Source: a virus. From it: DNA of 64,000 bases. The notes under the pieces were generated by a model that was not told the origin of the DNA, did not search any database, and worked only from the letters and a program-made list of their open reading frames with translations. The stretch's first letter is position 1. Each line of letters opens with the position of its first letter. The DNA is taken from the IMG/VR virus record IMGVR_UViG_3300047160_027173, positions 66,240 to 130,239 of that record, one strand, 5' to 3'. Of the stretch, positions 44,708 through 54,493 are shown piece after piece. The position numbers and the translations under genes are program-made.

Positions 44708-45049
44708 TCACGGGTAGTCCTCCGGGGAGAGAGTGTCGCGGTATGCGACGACGACGTCCTTGGACTCCTTGAGTCCGAACCCGGTCCGGTTCCGGTGGGC
44801 CTTGATGGCGTCGATGGTGAGCTTGCGGCGGACGAGGCCCTTCTCGTACTCGTTCAGCTGGTCCGGGCTCCGGGTCGGGGCTCCGGAGCTGGTGTTGGGC
44901 GGGACGATGGTCCGGAGGTCGGTGAGCACGTTCAGGAGCCGGGCGACATCCTCGAAGCGGTCGATGTCGATGGCGAGCTTCGCCGCGGAGCGCAGGGTCT
45001 CGTCGGCGTTCTGCAGCTCGGCCTTGAACTGGATGATGGTGGTGTCCAT
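44708..45049 (-). CDS. Protein with a ribosomal L7/L12 C-terminal-like domain
   Basis: IDAIKAHRNRTGFGLKESKDVV; SD AGGGAAAGG. Confidence 0.6.
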   Translation of the reverse strand: MDTTIIQFKAELQNADETLRSAAKLAIDIDRFEDVARLLNVLTDLRTIVPPNTSSGAPTRSPDQLNEYEKGLVRRKLTIDAIKAHRNRTGFGLKESKDVVVAYRDTLSPEDYP

Positions 45050-45060
45050 TGTTCCTTTCC

Positions 45061-45756
45061 CTAACTCTGGCTCTTGCTCGGCGCCAGCGCTCTGACAACT
45101 TCGTTGGGAGATGTGAAGACGAACTCGGGAGGAAAGTGCACGGGAGCCACGGTCATCCGACCAAAGTGGTTCCTGGCCAAGGGCAGGCGCTGAAGATCCT
45201 GACGTCGGAAGGCGTAGTAGGTGACGCTGTCGCCGTTCAGGCGAATAAACACGGTGGCCCAGACTTCCTTCTTGGGGATGAGATTGTTGGGGCCAGACAC
45301 GTGCCAATTGGCGTGAGAGTAGTTCCTGCCGATGATGTGAGCCCCCGGCACCAGGTCCTTGATCTCGCTCTTGAGAACTTCCAGCCGGTCGTCCTTTGCT
45401 ACCGCCGGGCTCTTGCTCTTTTTGTAGGCGCCTGCAGCAGTCTCCGCCGAGAGACGGAACGGTTCACGACCGTCCTGAGTCACCACGACTCCATCGCGGT
45501 AGAAAACGACGTACGGGTAGGCCACGCCCTCCCGCCGTGGCCCAGTGTACCGGGGATAGGCGCGACCGGGGTCGTCGATTCCGGCGAACTTCATCGTGGA
45601 CTTGACGTCCACGGGCTCGCCGTCGACGAGGAAGTCCACTCCGCCTCGATTCTGACGGACGCAGCCCGGGTGTAGAGCCGCGAAGATGTCCTCGGCCCAG
45701 TAGCCCCGCTTGCTGAGAGCCTGCCCCCGCAGGTTGCTGAGCAGCTGGTCGTACAC
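45061..45756 (-). CDS. Putative PD-(D/E)XK nuclease-like protein
   Basis: G.WAE...GVDFLVDGEPVDVKST. Confidence 0.45.
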   Translation of the reverse strand: MYDQLLSNLRGQALSKRGYWAEDIFAALHPGCVRQNRGGVDFLVDGEPVDVKSTMKFAGIDDPGRAYPRYTGPRREGVAYPYVVFYRDGVVVTQDGREPFRLSAETAAGAYKKSKSPAVAKDDRLEVLKSEIKDLVPGAHIIGRNYSHANWHVSGPNNLIPKKEVWATVFIRLNGDSVTYYAFRRQDLQRLPLARNHFGRMTVAPVHFPPEFVFTSPNEVVRALAPSKSQS

Positions 45757-45757
45757 G

Positions 45758-46150
45758 TTACTCTCCAGCCCGGTTCGGCGCCAGCGTCGTGAAGCTCTCG
45801 ACGTCGTAGACGACTTCGTCGCGCTCAGTGGCCAACCTGAAGGCCTCTTCCTCGGTGGCAATCAGCTCGACCAGCTCGAAGACGACCTCGGTGTAGCCGT
45901 GCTCCACGGCGGCGCTGCCGTCAGTCCAGACGTGGGCCAGGCCGCCAATCTGCTCAGCCTGGTTGAGGACCCAGGCCGCGGCCTGCTTCAGCTCGGGGAT
46001 GTTGGCCGTCACCGGCACCCGGACGTGGTTGCCCTCGCCCCCGAGGGGGACGATGAACCCCGTCGAGGGGACGTCGCCGGTGACCGGGTCCACGGTGTGC
46101 CCGCCGTAGTAGCGGACAAAGGCCAGCAGGGTGTCGATGTCGATCTTCAT
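45758..46150 (-). CDS. Hypothetical protein (possible SAM-lyase-like)
   Basis: GGHTVDP.TG..PSTGF.V...W...V...EEA..LA..R.E.VYD. Confidence 0.4.
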   Translation of the reverse strand: MKIDIDTLLAFVRYYGGHTVDPVTGDVPSTGFIVPLGGEGNHVRVPVTANIPELKQAAAWVLNQAEQIGGLAHVWTDGSAAVEHGYTEVVFELVELIATEEEAFRLATERDEVVYDVESFTTLAPNRAGE

Positions 46151-46665
46151 GACGTCTTCCTCCAGGTGACGATGTGTTCGGCGCTGAAGCGGCCCGGGAC
46201 GCAGAGTCCGCAGCTGCTGGTGCGGTTCATCCGGGGGGCCCGGACGCGCTCGTGCTTGTGGCCACCCGGGCAGGTACCCTGCCAGGGCAGAGCCGGGCGT
46301 TGGATCCGGCCCAGGGGGCTGTCGGAGTCCGCGTCGTAGCAGCGGAGGCCGTCGCAGCCGATGCGCTCGGCAACCCGCTGCCAGGTCCAGTCGTGGTGGC
46401 AGCCTGGCGTGAGGGCGTGGGCAATCTCGTGGAGGATGGTGTTCCTCACCCGGGGTTCCTCGTTGTGGCGGATAAGCCAGGCGGCGAGGGAGAGCTGGCC
46501 CTCGTCGACGACGATGTCCCCTGACCAGGACCGGTGCCACCGGAACCGGCAGTGGCCGCTCCGGCGCCGGGACCGGCGGTCAATCTTGAAGGTCCAGACC
46601 ATCGGGTCCAGGCCGTGTTCCTTCATCAGGGCCACGGCCAGACGGCGGGCGTCGCGCTCGGTCAC
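46147..46665 (-). CDS. SprT-like metalloprotease
   Basis: RRSGHC...TILHEIAHAL...H..TW...IG...C..H...C..C. Confidence 0.85.
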   Translation of the reverse strand: MTERDARRLAVALMKEHGLDPMVWTFKIDRRSRRRSGHCRFRWHRSWSGDIVVDEGQLSLAAWLIRHNEEPRVRNTILHEIAHALTPGCHHDWTWQRVAERIGCDGLRCYDADSDSPLGRIQRPALPWQGTCPGGHKHERVRAPRMNRTSSCGLCVPGRFSAEHIVTWRKTS

Positions 46666-46915
46666 TTGCGCACCTTGACGTTCTCGCCGCGGGTCCGGGA
46701 CATGCCCGTCACGAACTCCCCGTTCTCGACGATGCGGACGTCGCCGGGCTGGTCCTGGAGCTGGTCCATGGCCCAGGCGTAGGCCTCGCCGCGACGGACG
46801 AAGTCGCGGGTCTCGTAGCTGCGGCCGACCTCCTGGCCGCGGTCGTTGGTGAGGAAGCCGATGAAGAAGACGGTCGTCACGGTGCTCTCCTTGATTGAGA
46901 CCACTGCATCTTCGC

Positions 46916-47551
46916 CTAGTGCCGGGCCAAAGTCAAGAGGGCCCGTTCTAGCCTCGGAAGTACCCGATTCAACAAGGGGTTCCACCAGCCGGAGAGGATG
47001 CACCAGTTCTGCTTGTACGGGGCCCGGTGGTGCTCGTCGTGGTCTTCTGGGCTCTGCACGATGCCCAGCTGCGCCAGCAGCACATAGAGGTGGGCGCCCG
47101 CTGGCATCCGGGCCGGGAGCCAGAGCTTCAGGCGGTGGGCGGCGCGGTGGACGAGGTTGGCCTGCACGGCGAAGACCGCCGTCCAGCTCAGCAGCTGCGC
47201 CCAGGCCGCAGGCAGCCAGAGGGCGGGCAGCAGCAGCGGCAGGATCGCCCAGCAGCTGTTCCCGACGGTCTCCAGGAAGTCGTGGCGGACGATGTCCAGC
47301 GGCGTCTGGTGGTGCTGCCGGAAGGGGGCGATGACCTGGCCCAGCACCGGCGTCTCCGGCGAGCCCCAGGTGTCGAAGAACCAGTGCAGGAGGCCGGTGA
47401 AGAGGTCGGCCAGCACGTAGCCGGCGAGGACGAGCGCCGCCAGCTCCCAGAGGGGCAGCTTGCCCCAGGTGCGGACGAGCACGGCGACCTGGACGCCGTT
47501 GTAGACGTAGAAGCCGAGGCGGTCGACGCGGACCTGAGCCCTGGAGCGCAC
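46916..47551 (-). CDS. carF: CarF/TMEM189 (PEDS1)-family lipid desaturase
   Basis: ADLFTGLLHWFFDTWGS..TP..G...FRQHH..P...HRAAH...HDEHHRAP...CILSGW.NP. Confidence 0.85.
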   Translation of the reverse strand: MRSRAQVRVDRLGFYVYNGVQVAVLVRTWGKLPLWELAALVLAGYVLADLFTGLLHWFFDTWGSPETPVLGQVIAPFRQHHQTPLDIVRHDFLETVGNSCWAILPLLLPALWLPAAWAQLLSWTAVFAVQANLVHRAAHRLKLWLPARMPAGAHLYVLLAQLGIVQSPEDHDEHHRAPYKQNWCILSGWWNPLLNRVLPRLERALLTLARH

Positions 47552-47770
47552 GTCAGACCTCGTAGAGGCGAGAGGACTGGCCGTTGTCCAGATCCCGGAG
47601 AACCCGGAGGAAACGCTGGGCTACATCCAGGCTGTAGAAGTGGTAGGTCTGGGTGGGACGACCGAACCGGTCGTAGATGACGATGGTGGGGTTGGTGGGG
47701 TGCATGGCCCTCCTCTAACTCCAGACTCTGTACTCTGCAAGTGCCCGTCGGGACTCGAGTTTTTACCCCC

Positions 47771-47799
47771 TTGACAGGGAAGTAAGGTTCCATTACTAT
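47771..47799 (+). promoter_or_regulatory. Sigma70 early promoter, leaderless
   Basis: TTGACA-N17-TACTAT, 6 nt before ATG 47806. Confidence 0.8.
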
Positions 47800-47805
47800 G
47801 GGCCC

Positions 47806-48819
47806 ATGTTCGACACCGCCAAGTTCCTCTCAGTGGTTCCCGCCGACCGGAAGGCCCGCGCCGAGAAGGCCATCGCCGACCTCGTCGTCGCCCTCTTCGA
47901 GAAGAAGATTTACAACGTCCACCTTCAGGAGCTGAAGCTGACCCTGGACCGCTCCGCCGAGGAGGGCTGGAAGGCCGCCACCCAGAGCCCGGAGTTCAGC
48001 GAGGCCATTCGCGCCGCTGGCTGGGAGAGCGCCCTCCGGAAGCTGACCTGGGACGTGCGCCTGAACTACGTCCGCGACGCCATCGCCTGCTCGAAGAAGC
48101 TGGCCAAGACCAAGGTCGAGAGCCCGCTGGTCGACGCCATGCGCGCCTTCGTCGACGCCGTCCTCCCGACCGCCATGGCCCTGGAGGCCGTCAAGGCCTT
48201 CATCGTCAAGGGCCGCGTTCCCAGCGAGAAGGTCATCGCCCGCACCGGCCGCGAGGGCACCTGCCCGGTTTGCTTCGGGGAGTACCAGACCCGCGGCGCG
48301 AACTTCCTCGTCAAGCACGGCTTCCAGCGCCCCGGCTGCGGCTACCTCATTGGCGAGTGCTTCGGCGTCGACTACCCGGCCTTCGAGAAGAGCACCGCCG
48401 GCACCAAGGCCTTCATCACCCACCTGCAGGACATGCTGGCGACCAACCTGGCCGACCAGGTCAGCCTCCGCCAGGGCAAGGTCGAGTCCCTGGCCTGGGG
48501 CTACACCGCGGCGGTCCTCAACGCCGACGGCAGCCCCGTCCGTGACCACTACGGCCGCCGCCAGACCCGCGAGGTCGTCATCATCGTCAAGAAGGACGCC
48601 CCCCGGAGCACCCAGCTCCGCGTCGACGCCGACAGCGAGGGCCCCCGTGGCCGTGGGCTCAACAGCAACCACGTCGAGGTCCCCAGCTTCGAGGACCTGG
48701 CCGGGTGCGAGCTGGCGAACCTGGAGAGCACGGAGAAGTCCCTGGAGGGCGACATCGCCCGCCTGGAGGACCTGGTCCGGACCTGGACCCCGGGCTGGAA
48801 GCGCCCCGTGGGGTGGTAG
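47806..48819 (+). CDS. Early hypothetical protein (GTCPVC...HG...C.G zinc site)
   Basis: 337 aa; strong codon bias. Confidence 0.75.
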   Translation: MFDTAKFLSVVPADRKARAEKAIADLVVALFEKKIYNVHLQELKLTLDRSAEEGWKAATQSPEFSEAIRAAGWESALRKLTWDVRLNYVRDAIACSKKLAKTKVESPLVDAMRAFVDAVLPTAMALEAVKAFIVKGRVPSEKVIARTGREGTCPVCFGEYQTRGANFLVKHGFQRPGCGYLIGECFGVDYPAFEKSTAGTKAFITHLQDMLATNLADQVSLRQGKVESLAWGYTAAVLNADGSPVRDHYGRRQTREVVIIVKKDAPRSTQLRVDADSEGPRGRGLNSNHVEVPSFEDLAGCELANLESTEKSLEGDIARLEDLVRTWTPGWKRPVGW

Positions 48820-48854
48820 TTGACTTTCGACACGAGATCGACGAGGATGGCACC

Positions 48855-50272
48855 ATGAGCGAGACTCCCGAGCAGGCGAAGGCAGCAGTCGACGTCATCA
48901 TGGCCGTGGCCGAGGCCATTCGCGAGCTGAAGACCGTCCCCAGCGGGCACCTGTACGCCCGGCTCATGGGGTACATGGACCTCCAGACCTACAACCGCAT
49001 CATCGACACCCTCAAGAGGGTCGGCGCGGTCTCCGAGAAGAACCACGTCCTCACCTGGGTGCAGAAGTGACCGAGAGCCGCGACGAGCGCAGCGCCCGCA
49101 TCCTCCGCGAGCTGGAGGCCCTGGGCCCGACCAGCGACCGCGGCAGCGGCTGCCACGTCTGCGGCGAGTACATTCCCGGGCAGCGCTACCCGGAGCAGCT
49201 CTGCTCGGCCCCGTGCCGAGCCGAACAGAGGAAGAGAACCCGAGCGGCCAACAAGGCCAAGAAGGAACAGTCATGAGTATGGACATCACCATCCGAGTCT
49301 TCAGTGCCAAGCAGCTGGACCTGGTCCGCACCGCGGTCCGGAACGCGATCACCGCCAACGTGCAGCTCGTCGACGGCTTCAACGGCAAGTCGCAGAAGGA
49401 AATCGACCGCAACCAGGGTCTCATCAGCCTCGCCGAGGCCCGCATCAACGCCCTCCAGGGCGTTCTCGCCCAGCTTCCGACCAACTACGGGAGCTACTAG
49501 TGGAGCGCGTCCTCCGCTACCGGCGGTACGTCCGCTGGACTTCCGACGGCCCCGAGGTCGTCGAGGAAGTCGTCGCTGCCGAGAGGCCCTTGCTTTTCTC
49601 CGGGCCTGTCGTTAGAGGAGGGCCCTTGCGCTCTTCCTTCTGGTCCAGCTTCGACGCGGGCGCCTACTGGGGCACCCTGCTGGCTCTGACTATGTGCTTG
49701 GGAGTCCTAATCTGGGGGATGCTCGCGTGATCACCCGCTTCGTCGTTCACCGTACCTGGCCCGTCACCAAGGACAACGTCAAGAGCCTGGACAACGTCCG
49801 GAACAGCACCGGACACGCCCGGGAAATCGGCCGCGAACTCTGGCTGGTCTTCAAGCGTTGCGGCTGCACCGAGGAGTACCGCCGTACCCCGTCACTCTTC
49901 GGGGACCTGGAGTTCACCGACCAGGTCAAGGCCCCGTACCACACGCCTCCCGCGCCCGTCGTCGTCTGGATGGGCGCCGTCGCCCAGCAGGACTGGGAAT
50001 GGGCCAGCAGGCTGCTCCGCTGCAAGAACTGCAAGAAGGAAGTCTGGCGGGAGTTCCCCACCTTCGAGGAGTTCGTCGAGCACTGGAGCCGCGAGCTGAT
50101 CATCTACGAGCAGTGCATCGTCCGCGTCGAGACCATCATGCAGGAAGAGGTCTTCAAGCTGGTCAGCGTCGAGTCCGGCGACGGTGCGCACTTCGAGACC
50201 CAGCTCTTGACTCCGGTCGAGATGATGAAGTACCTTGGCTACGCTGATTTCACCCCCAACGAGGAGAAGTGA
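48855..50272 (+). other. Run of small early genes (48855-49070 wHTH-like, 49067-49276, 49273-49500, 49500-49730, 49727-50272)
   Basis: Coupled ORFs; TTGACT promoter at 48820. Confidence 0.55.
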
Positions 50273-50455
50273 CATGGCTGCTGATACCCGTCCGAAGTGT
50301 CCTGTCTGTGGAGCCCGCGTCGGTGACGCCGCGGCCCGCGACGGTTCCAACCGCGTGCTGGCTCCGTTCAACCCGGCCATCTACGCGCCGTACTCCAACC
50401 CGAAGAATGCGGCCCAGGCTGCTGCCATTCGCGCCAAGAATGAGGGCAAGACCAA

Positions 50456-51166
50456 GTGAGCAAACGCGCCAAGAAGGGATACGTCAGTAGTCTGCAGGGC
50501 CTGGTGAAGATGGCCCTGGTGCAGGCCAAGATGACCCGCGAAGAGGAGCTGACCCTGGCACGCCTCGCCATCCGTGGCGACAAGGCCTGCCAGGACAAGC
50601 TCATCCGGGCCGTCGCCGTCATGGCCGAGCACTACGGCAAGCAGCAGGCCATCTCCTACGGCATGAACGTCGACGAGCTGGTCGCCGAGGGCATGGTCGG
50701 CCTGGGCATGGCCCTGCGGAAGTTCAAGCCCGAGAAGAAGATCCGCTTCGCGACCTACGCCATCTGGTGGGTGCGAGTCTACGTGGACCGCTACGTCAAG
50801 GAGTTCAGCGACAACTGGGAGAGCACGGACGGGACGAAGAAGCTCAAGTTCGTGTCCACGGAGACGCCCATGCAGGGCAAGGACGGCGAGAGTGAAGAGA
50901 CTCTCGGCGACCACCTGCGCAGCACTGACGAGGGCGCCGAAGTCCACTTCCAGGACATCCAGGCCAAGGCCAGGGTGCACGAGATTCTGGCCGGCGCCGG
51001 GCTCACGGACATCGAGAAGAGCATCGTCAAGTACAGGCTCATGGACGATGCCCTGACTCTGGAGCAGCTCGGTGCCAAGCACGGCGTCAGCCGGGAGCGT
51101 ATCCGCCAGCTGGAGATTCAGCTCAAGCCCCGGCTCCAGGTCATCTTCGAGGCCGCCGATGATTGA
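50456..51166 (+). CDS. Phage sigma-70-family sigma factor
   Basis: TREEELTLA...GD...LI...ELVAEGMVGL..A..KF.PEKKIRFATYAIWWVR...TLEQLG...VSRERIRQLE. Confidence 0.9.
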   Translation: MSKRAKKGYVSSLQGLVKMALVQAKMTREEELTLARLAIRGDKACQDKLIRAVAVMAEHYGKQQAISYGMNVDELVAEGMVGLGMALRKFKPEKKIRFATYAIWWVRVYVDRYVKEFSDNWESTDGTKKLKFVSTETPMQGKDGESEETLGDHLRSTDEGAEVHFQDIQAKARVHEILAGAGLTDIEKSIVKYRLMDDALTLEQLGAKHGVSRERIRQLEIQLKPRLQVIFEAADD

Positions 51167-51621
51167 CCCCCACGACAGCCTGTGGATCATGACCAGGGCG
51201 GAGATCGACGTCCTCCGCTCCAAGCTCACCCGCGCCCGCGAGGTCCTGGAAACGACCAGGGCCCTCAGCGACCAGCGGGCGGTGGAAATCGAGGCCCTCC
51301 GGGCCGAGCTGAAGGCCACCACCAACGAGGCCATCGAGGTCATCGACGGCAAGACGACCCTGCTCCTGCAGATCCGGGAATGGGCGAAGGGCGCGACCGC
51401 TGCCGGCGTCGTCAACATGACCTGGTACAAGGAACTGGAGAGGCTGTTCCCATGATGGCCCTGCTCCGAGACCCCCGGGCCTTCAACTGGTTCGTGGTTG
51501 TGCTCTACGCCGTTGTTAGCGTACGCTGGGCCTGGGCCCGGAACTGGCCCCAGGTCGTGTACTGGATTGGCGCAGTCATCATCAACGCAGGCGTGGCCAT
51601 GATGGCCCCAGGAGGCAAGCC

Positions 51622-52299
51622 ATGAAGAAGAAGCGCGAGATTCGGAAGCTGAAGTCCAAGGTCCGCACCCTCGAAGCAGCCAACGTCAACCTGCTCTTCC
51701 GCCTGGAGCGGCTGGAGAAGGCCCTGACCGGCGACAACAAGGCGAAGACGGACATCAGGGTCGACGTAGCCGTCAAGGCCGTCGAGAAGGGCATTGAGCA
51801 GGAGCTGGACGCCGCCATGATGGCGATGCCCAACAGCTTCGAGGAAGCGCTCCGGGAGCCTGAGTCGACCGGCGACGTCTTCCTGACGGGTCTGGAAGCC
51901 CAGGCCAAGCTCCAGGAGGCAGCGGCGGCTGACGAGATTGCCGACCCCATGGAGAACACGGACAAGATCTTCGCCGACATTCAGTCGTCGCTGGACGAGC
52001 TGGCCGACGAGGAGATCATCGCCCAAGACCAAGGGGACTGGATGCAGAGGTTCCAAGACGGGCCCGAGAACGGGGCCGAGCACTACACCTTCGACAGCTA
52101 CCAGGGAACGTTCGCTGAGGTTCTCCAGAGGCGCATCGAGGGCCAGAAGGACGGCACCTACCAGGGGCCGCTCTACACCAACGAAGACCTGGAGCGCCAC
52201 CCCCTGGAGAATGGCCGCTACATGGCCGCGGACGTGGATGCCAACGGCAGCCCCGTCATCGACCTGGACAACCCCATCATCGAAGGCGAAGAGTCATGA
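51622..52299 (+). CDS. Acidic hypothetical protein
   Basis: SD AGGAGG; 225 aa. Confidence 0.65.
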   Translation: MKKKREIRKLKSKVRTLEAANVNLLFRLERLEKALTGDNKAKTDIRVDVAVKAVEKGIEQELDAAMMAMPNSFEEALREPESTGDVFLTGLEAQAKLQEAAAADEIADPMENTDKIFADIQSSLDELADEEIIAQDQGDWMQRFQDGPENGAEHYTFDSYQGTFAEVLQRRIEGQKDGTYQGPLYTNEDLERHPLENGRYMAADVDANGSPVIDLDNPIIEGEES

Positions 52300-52639
52300 T
52301 CTCCCTGGTAGCGGCACTGGTGTTGACCCTGGCCCCGCAGAGCTGCGACGAGCTGGACAGGCGTCGCGCGGCCATCGACGAGGCCATCAGCGACACCGCC
52401 ATCTCCCTGGAGCACTGGCAGGGCGAGCGCGACGAGGCCTACGACAAGTGGGAGTCTCTGCTGCTGAAGCTGATTGCGGCCAGGGACGACATCGACACCA
52501 AGCAGAAGCAGCTGGGCTGCCAGTGATGCGCTGGCCGGTCTTCGTGCACTGGTGGGCTTGGGAGCTACCGCCCTCTGTGGTCGGGATGCGCGTTGTACTG
52601 GCTCGGGCCAGTTACGACGATCTCACACAGCGGATGACG

Positions 52640-53014
52640 CTACACTGAGAACGTAGACGGCGTCACGACCAGCGTCAGGTCCGCGGTCACGGGCGCGTTC
52701 GGCGAGAACTGGCCGGTGGCGACGACCTGGCAGGGGTACGTGCCCGGGACGACGTTGCCCACGGTCAGCGTCAAGGTCACGGCGGTGCCGACGGCGACCG
52801 GGTTCGGGGCGAAGCTCACCTTGACGCCCGGGGCCGGGTTCAGCGTGAACCTCGCCGACTGCGCGAAGTTGAAGGGCGGGATCAGCGGAATGACCGGCGG
52901 CAGGCCGGTGATGGTGAACGTCAGGAGCTGGTCGAAGCCAGTCAGGAGCGTGGTCGAGACGGCGACCGTGCCCGTTTCTCCCTGCGCCAGCGTGATCGTG
53001 GATGGAGTCAGCAT
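52640..53014 (-). CDS. Ig-like virion protein
   Basis: Beta-rich L.PS...L..G.TG...F.PNPV..G....LT...PGTY..V; CAATCT 8 nt upstream. Confidence 0.6.
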   Translation of the reverse strand: MLTPSTITLAQGETGTVAVSTTLLTGFDQLLTFTITGLPPVIPLIPPFNFAQSARFTLNPAPGVKVSFAPNPVAVGTAVTLTLTVGNVVPGTYPCQVVATGQFSPNAPVTADLTLVVTPSTFSV

Positions 53015-53032
53015 CGGGTCTTAGATTGCGCC

Positions 53033-53070
53033 AGAAACACAAAGCCCCGGCCGGTGAAGGCCAGGGCTCG
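53033..53070 (-). terminator. Intrinsic terminator
   Basis: GAGCCCTGGCC/GGCCGGGGCTT stem followed by TGTGTTT. Confidence 0.6.
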
Positions 53071-53118
53071 GGGAGCTGGCGTTCCTGCCCATGCGAGCCG
53101 GGCACGAACGCCAACGGG

Positions 53119-53796
53119 TTAGAACTTGAACGAGGTCGGAGCCGGGAGCGGGCGGAGAACGACGAGGACGTCGTGGAGGGTCGGGGTGAAGTTGATGGTG
53201 TTGGCGGTGGTGACGACGACCTTCAGCGAGGTGTTGTCGGCAACCGTGGTCAGGTCCAGGACGAGGTCGCCGGGGAGCAGACCGGCAAGGGTAGCCGAAG
53301 CCAGGCTGTTGGCAACGAACTTGACCAGGCTGTAGCCACCGGCGCTGAAGCCACCGACGAGGTGAGCGCTGGAGGCGCTGAGCTTGCTACCACCGGACGC
53401 GGTGACCGTGGTGACGTAGGCGTTGCCGAGGTTACCAGCAGCCGGGCCGGTAGCGTTGGCCACGATCCGGACGGTGCCGGCGTTGTGGGTAACGGTCAGC
53501 TCGGGGGCAGCGGCGGCGATGGCAGCAGCCAGGGCCGTGGCGTCGGTAGCCGCGGTGCCCGAACCGGTGATGCTGATGCCGGTGTGGGGACCAACGGTCA
53601 CCGTGCAGGCGCCAGCGGAGCCAGCGATGAACGTGAAAGCGGTGTTGCTGGCGCCGGAGCCGTGAGCGGCAACGGAAGCCGAGACCAGAGCCTCGGAGGC
53701 ACCGGCGGCGTTGACGGCCGTGGCTACCTGGTTACCGAGATCCTGGGAAGTAAGGGCGATGGCGAGACTGCGGACTGCATCAGCTGAAAGAGCCAT
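53119..53796 (-). CDS. Putative capsid decoration protein, long paralog
   Basis: Ala/Thr/Gly-rich; shares both termini with 53816-54136. Confidence 0.6.
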   Translation of the reverse strand: MALSADAVRSLAIALTSQDLGNQVATAVNAAGASEALVSASVAAHGSGASNTAFTFIAGSAGACTVTVGPHTGISITGSGTAATDATALAAAIAAAAPELTVTHNAGTVRIVANATGPAAGNLGNAYVTTVTASGGSKLSASSAHLVGGFSAGGYSLVKFVANSLASATLAGLLPGDLVLDLTTVADNTSLKVVVTTANTINFTPTLHDVLVVLRPLPAPTSFKF

Positions 53797-53815
53797 GTTG
53801 GTGGTTCCTCAGAGC

Positions 53816-54136
53816 TTAGAACTTGAAGCTGGTGGCGGCCGGAACCGGACGGAGAACGACGAGGACGTCGTGAGCAGTCGGGGTGAAGGCGATGGTGTTG
53901 GCGGTCACGACGAGGATGCTGGCGGCAACGTTGTTGGCGACAGTGGTCAGGTCGAGGACGAGGTCACCGGGGAGCAGGCCCGCGAGAGCCGTGCTGGCGG
54001 CAGCGTCGGTGACGACCATGACGACGGCGTCGGAAGCGCCGGAAGCGCCGTTGATCGCAGAGGCGACCTCGTTTCCGAGAGCCTGCGAGGTGAGGGCGAT
54101 AGCAAGGGAACGGACTGCGTCAGCTGAAAGGGCCAT
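53816..54136 (-). CDS. Putative capsid decoration protein, short paralog
   Basis: MALSADAVRSLAIALTSQ...HDVLVVLRP...TSFKF. Confidence 0.6.
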   Translation of the reverse strand: MALSADAVRSLAIALTSQALGNEVASAINGASGASDAVVMVVTDAAASTALAGLLPGDLVLDLTTVANNVAASILVVTANTIAFTPTAHDVLVVLRPVPAATSFKF

Positions 54137-54172
54137 GAGATCTCCAAGCAGGGTTTCCTGCTAGCCCCTAGT

Positions 54173-54493
54173 TTAAGTTGCGCGAGAGACAATCCTGGCG
54201 ACCCAGGCCAGGAACTCAGCCGTGCTCCGCCGACCCTTAGCCCTGGAGCAGATGCTGCAGATGGGGATGACGTTGGCCGGGACGTAGCCCAGGGAGGTGT
54301 TGCGGCGGTCGAGGTTGTACGAGGGTTGGTTGCCGCAGTACGAGCAGGGCAGGGCGAGCAGCTGCAGAGCCACCTTGTCCGTGAGCTGCCAGAAGCCTCG
54401 GCCCCAGCGCCGGGCCTCGGTCTTGATGCGCTGCAGGCGGGCGTCAGGGCGCTTCCGGTACTGCCGCTGGTAGTCGCTGCGCTTAGCGGCCAC
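54173..54493 (-). CDS. HNH endonuclease-like protein
   Basis: CSYCG...LDRRNTSLGY.PANV.P.C..C...KG...EFLAWV. Confidence 0.7.
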   Translation of the reverse strand: MAAKRSDYQRQYRKRPDARLQRIKTEARRWGRGFWQLTDKVALQLLALPCSYCGNQPSYNLDRRNTSLGYVPANVIPICSICSRAKGRRSTAEFLAWVARIVSRAT

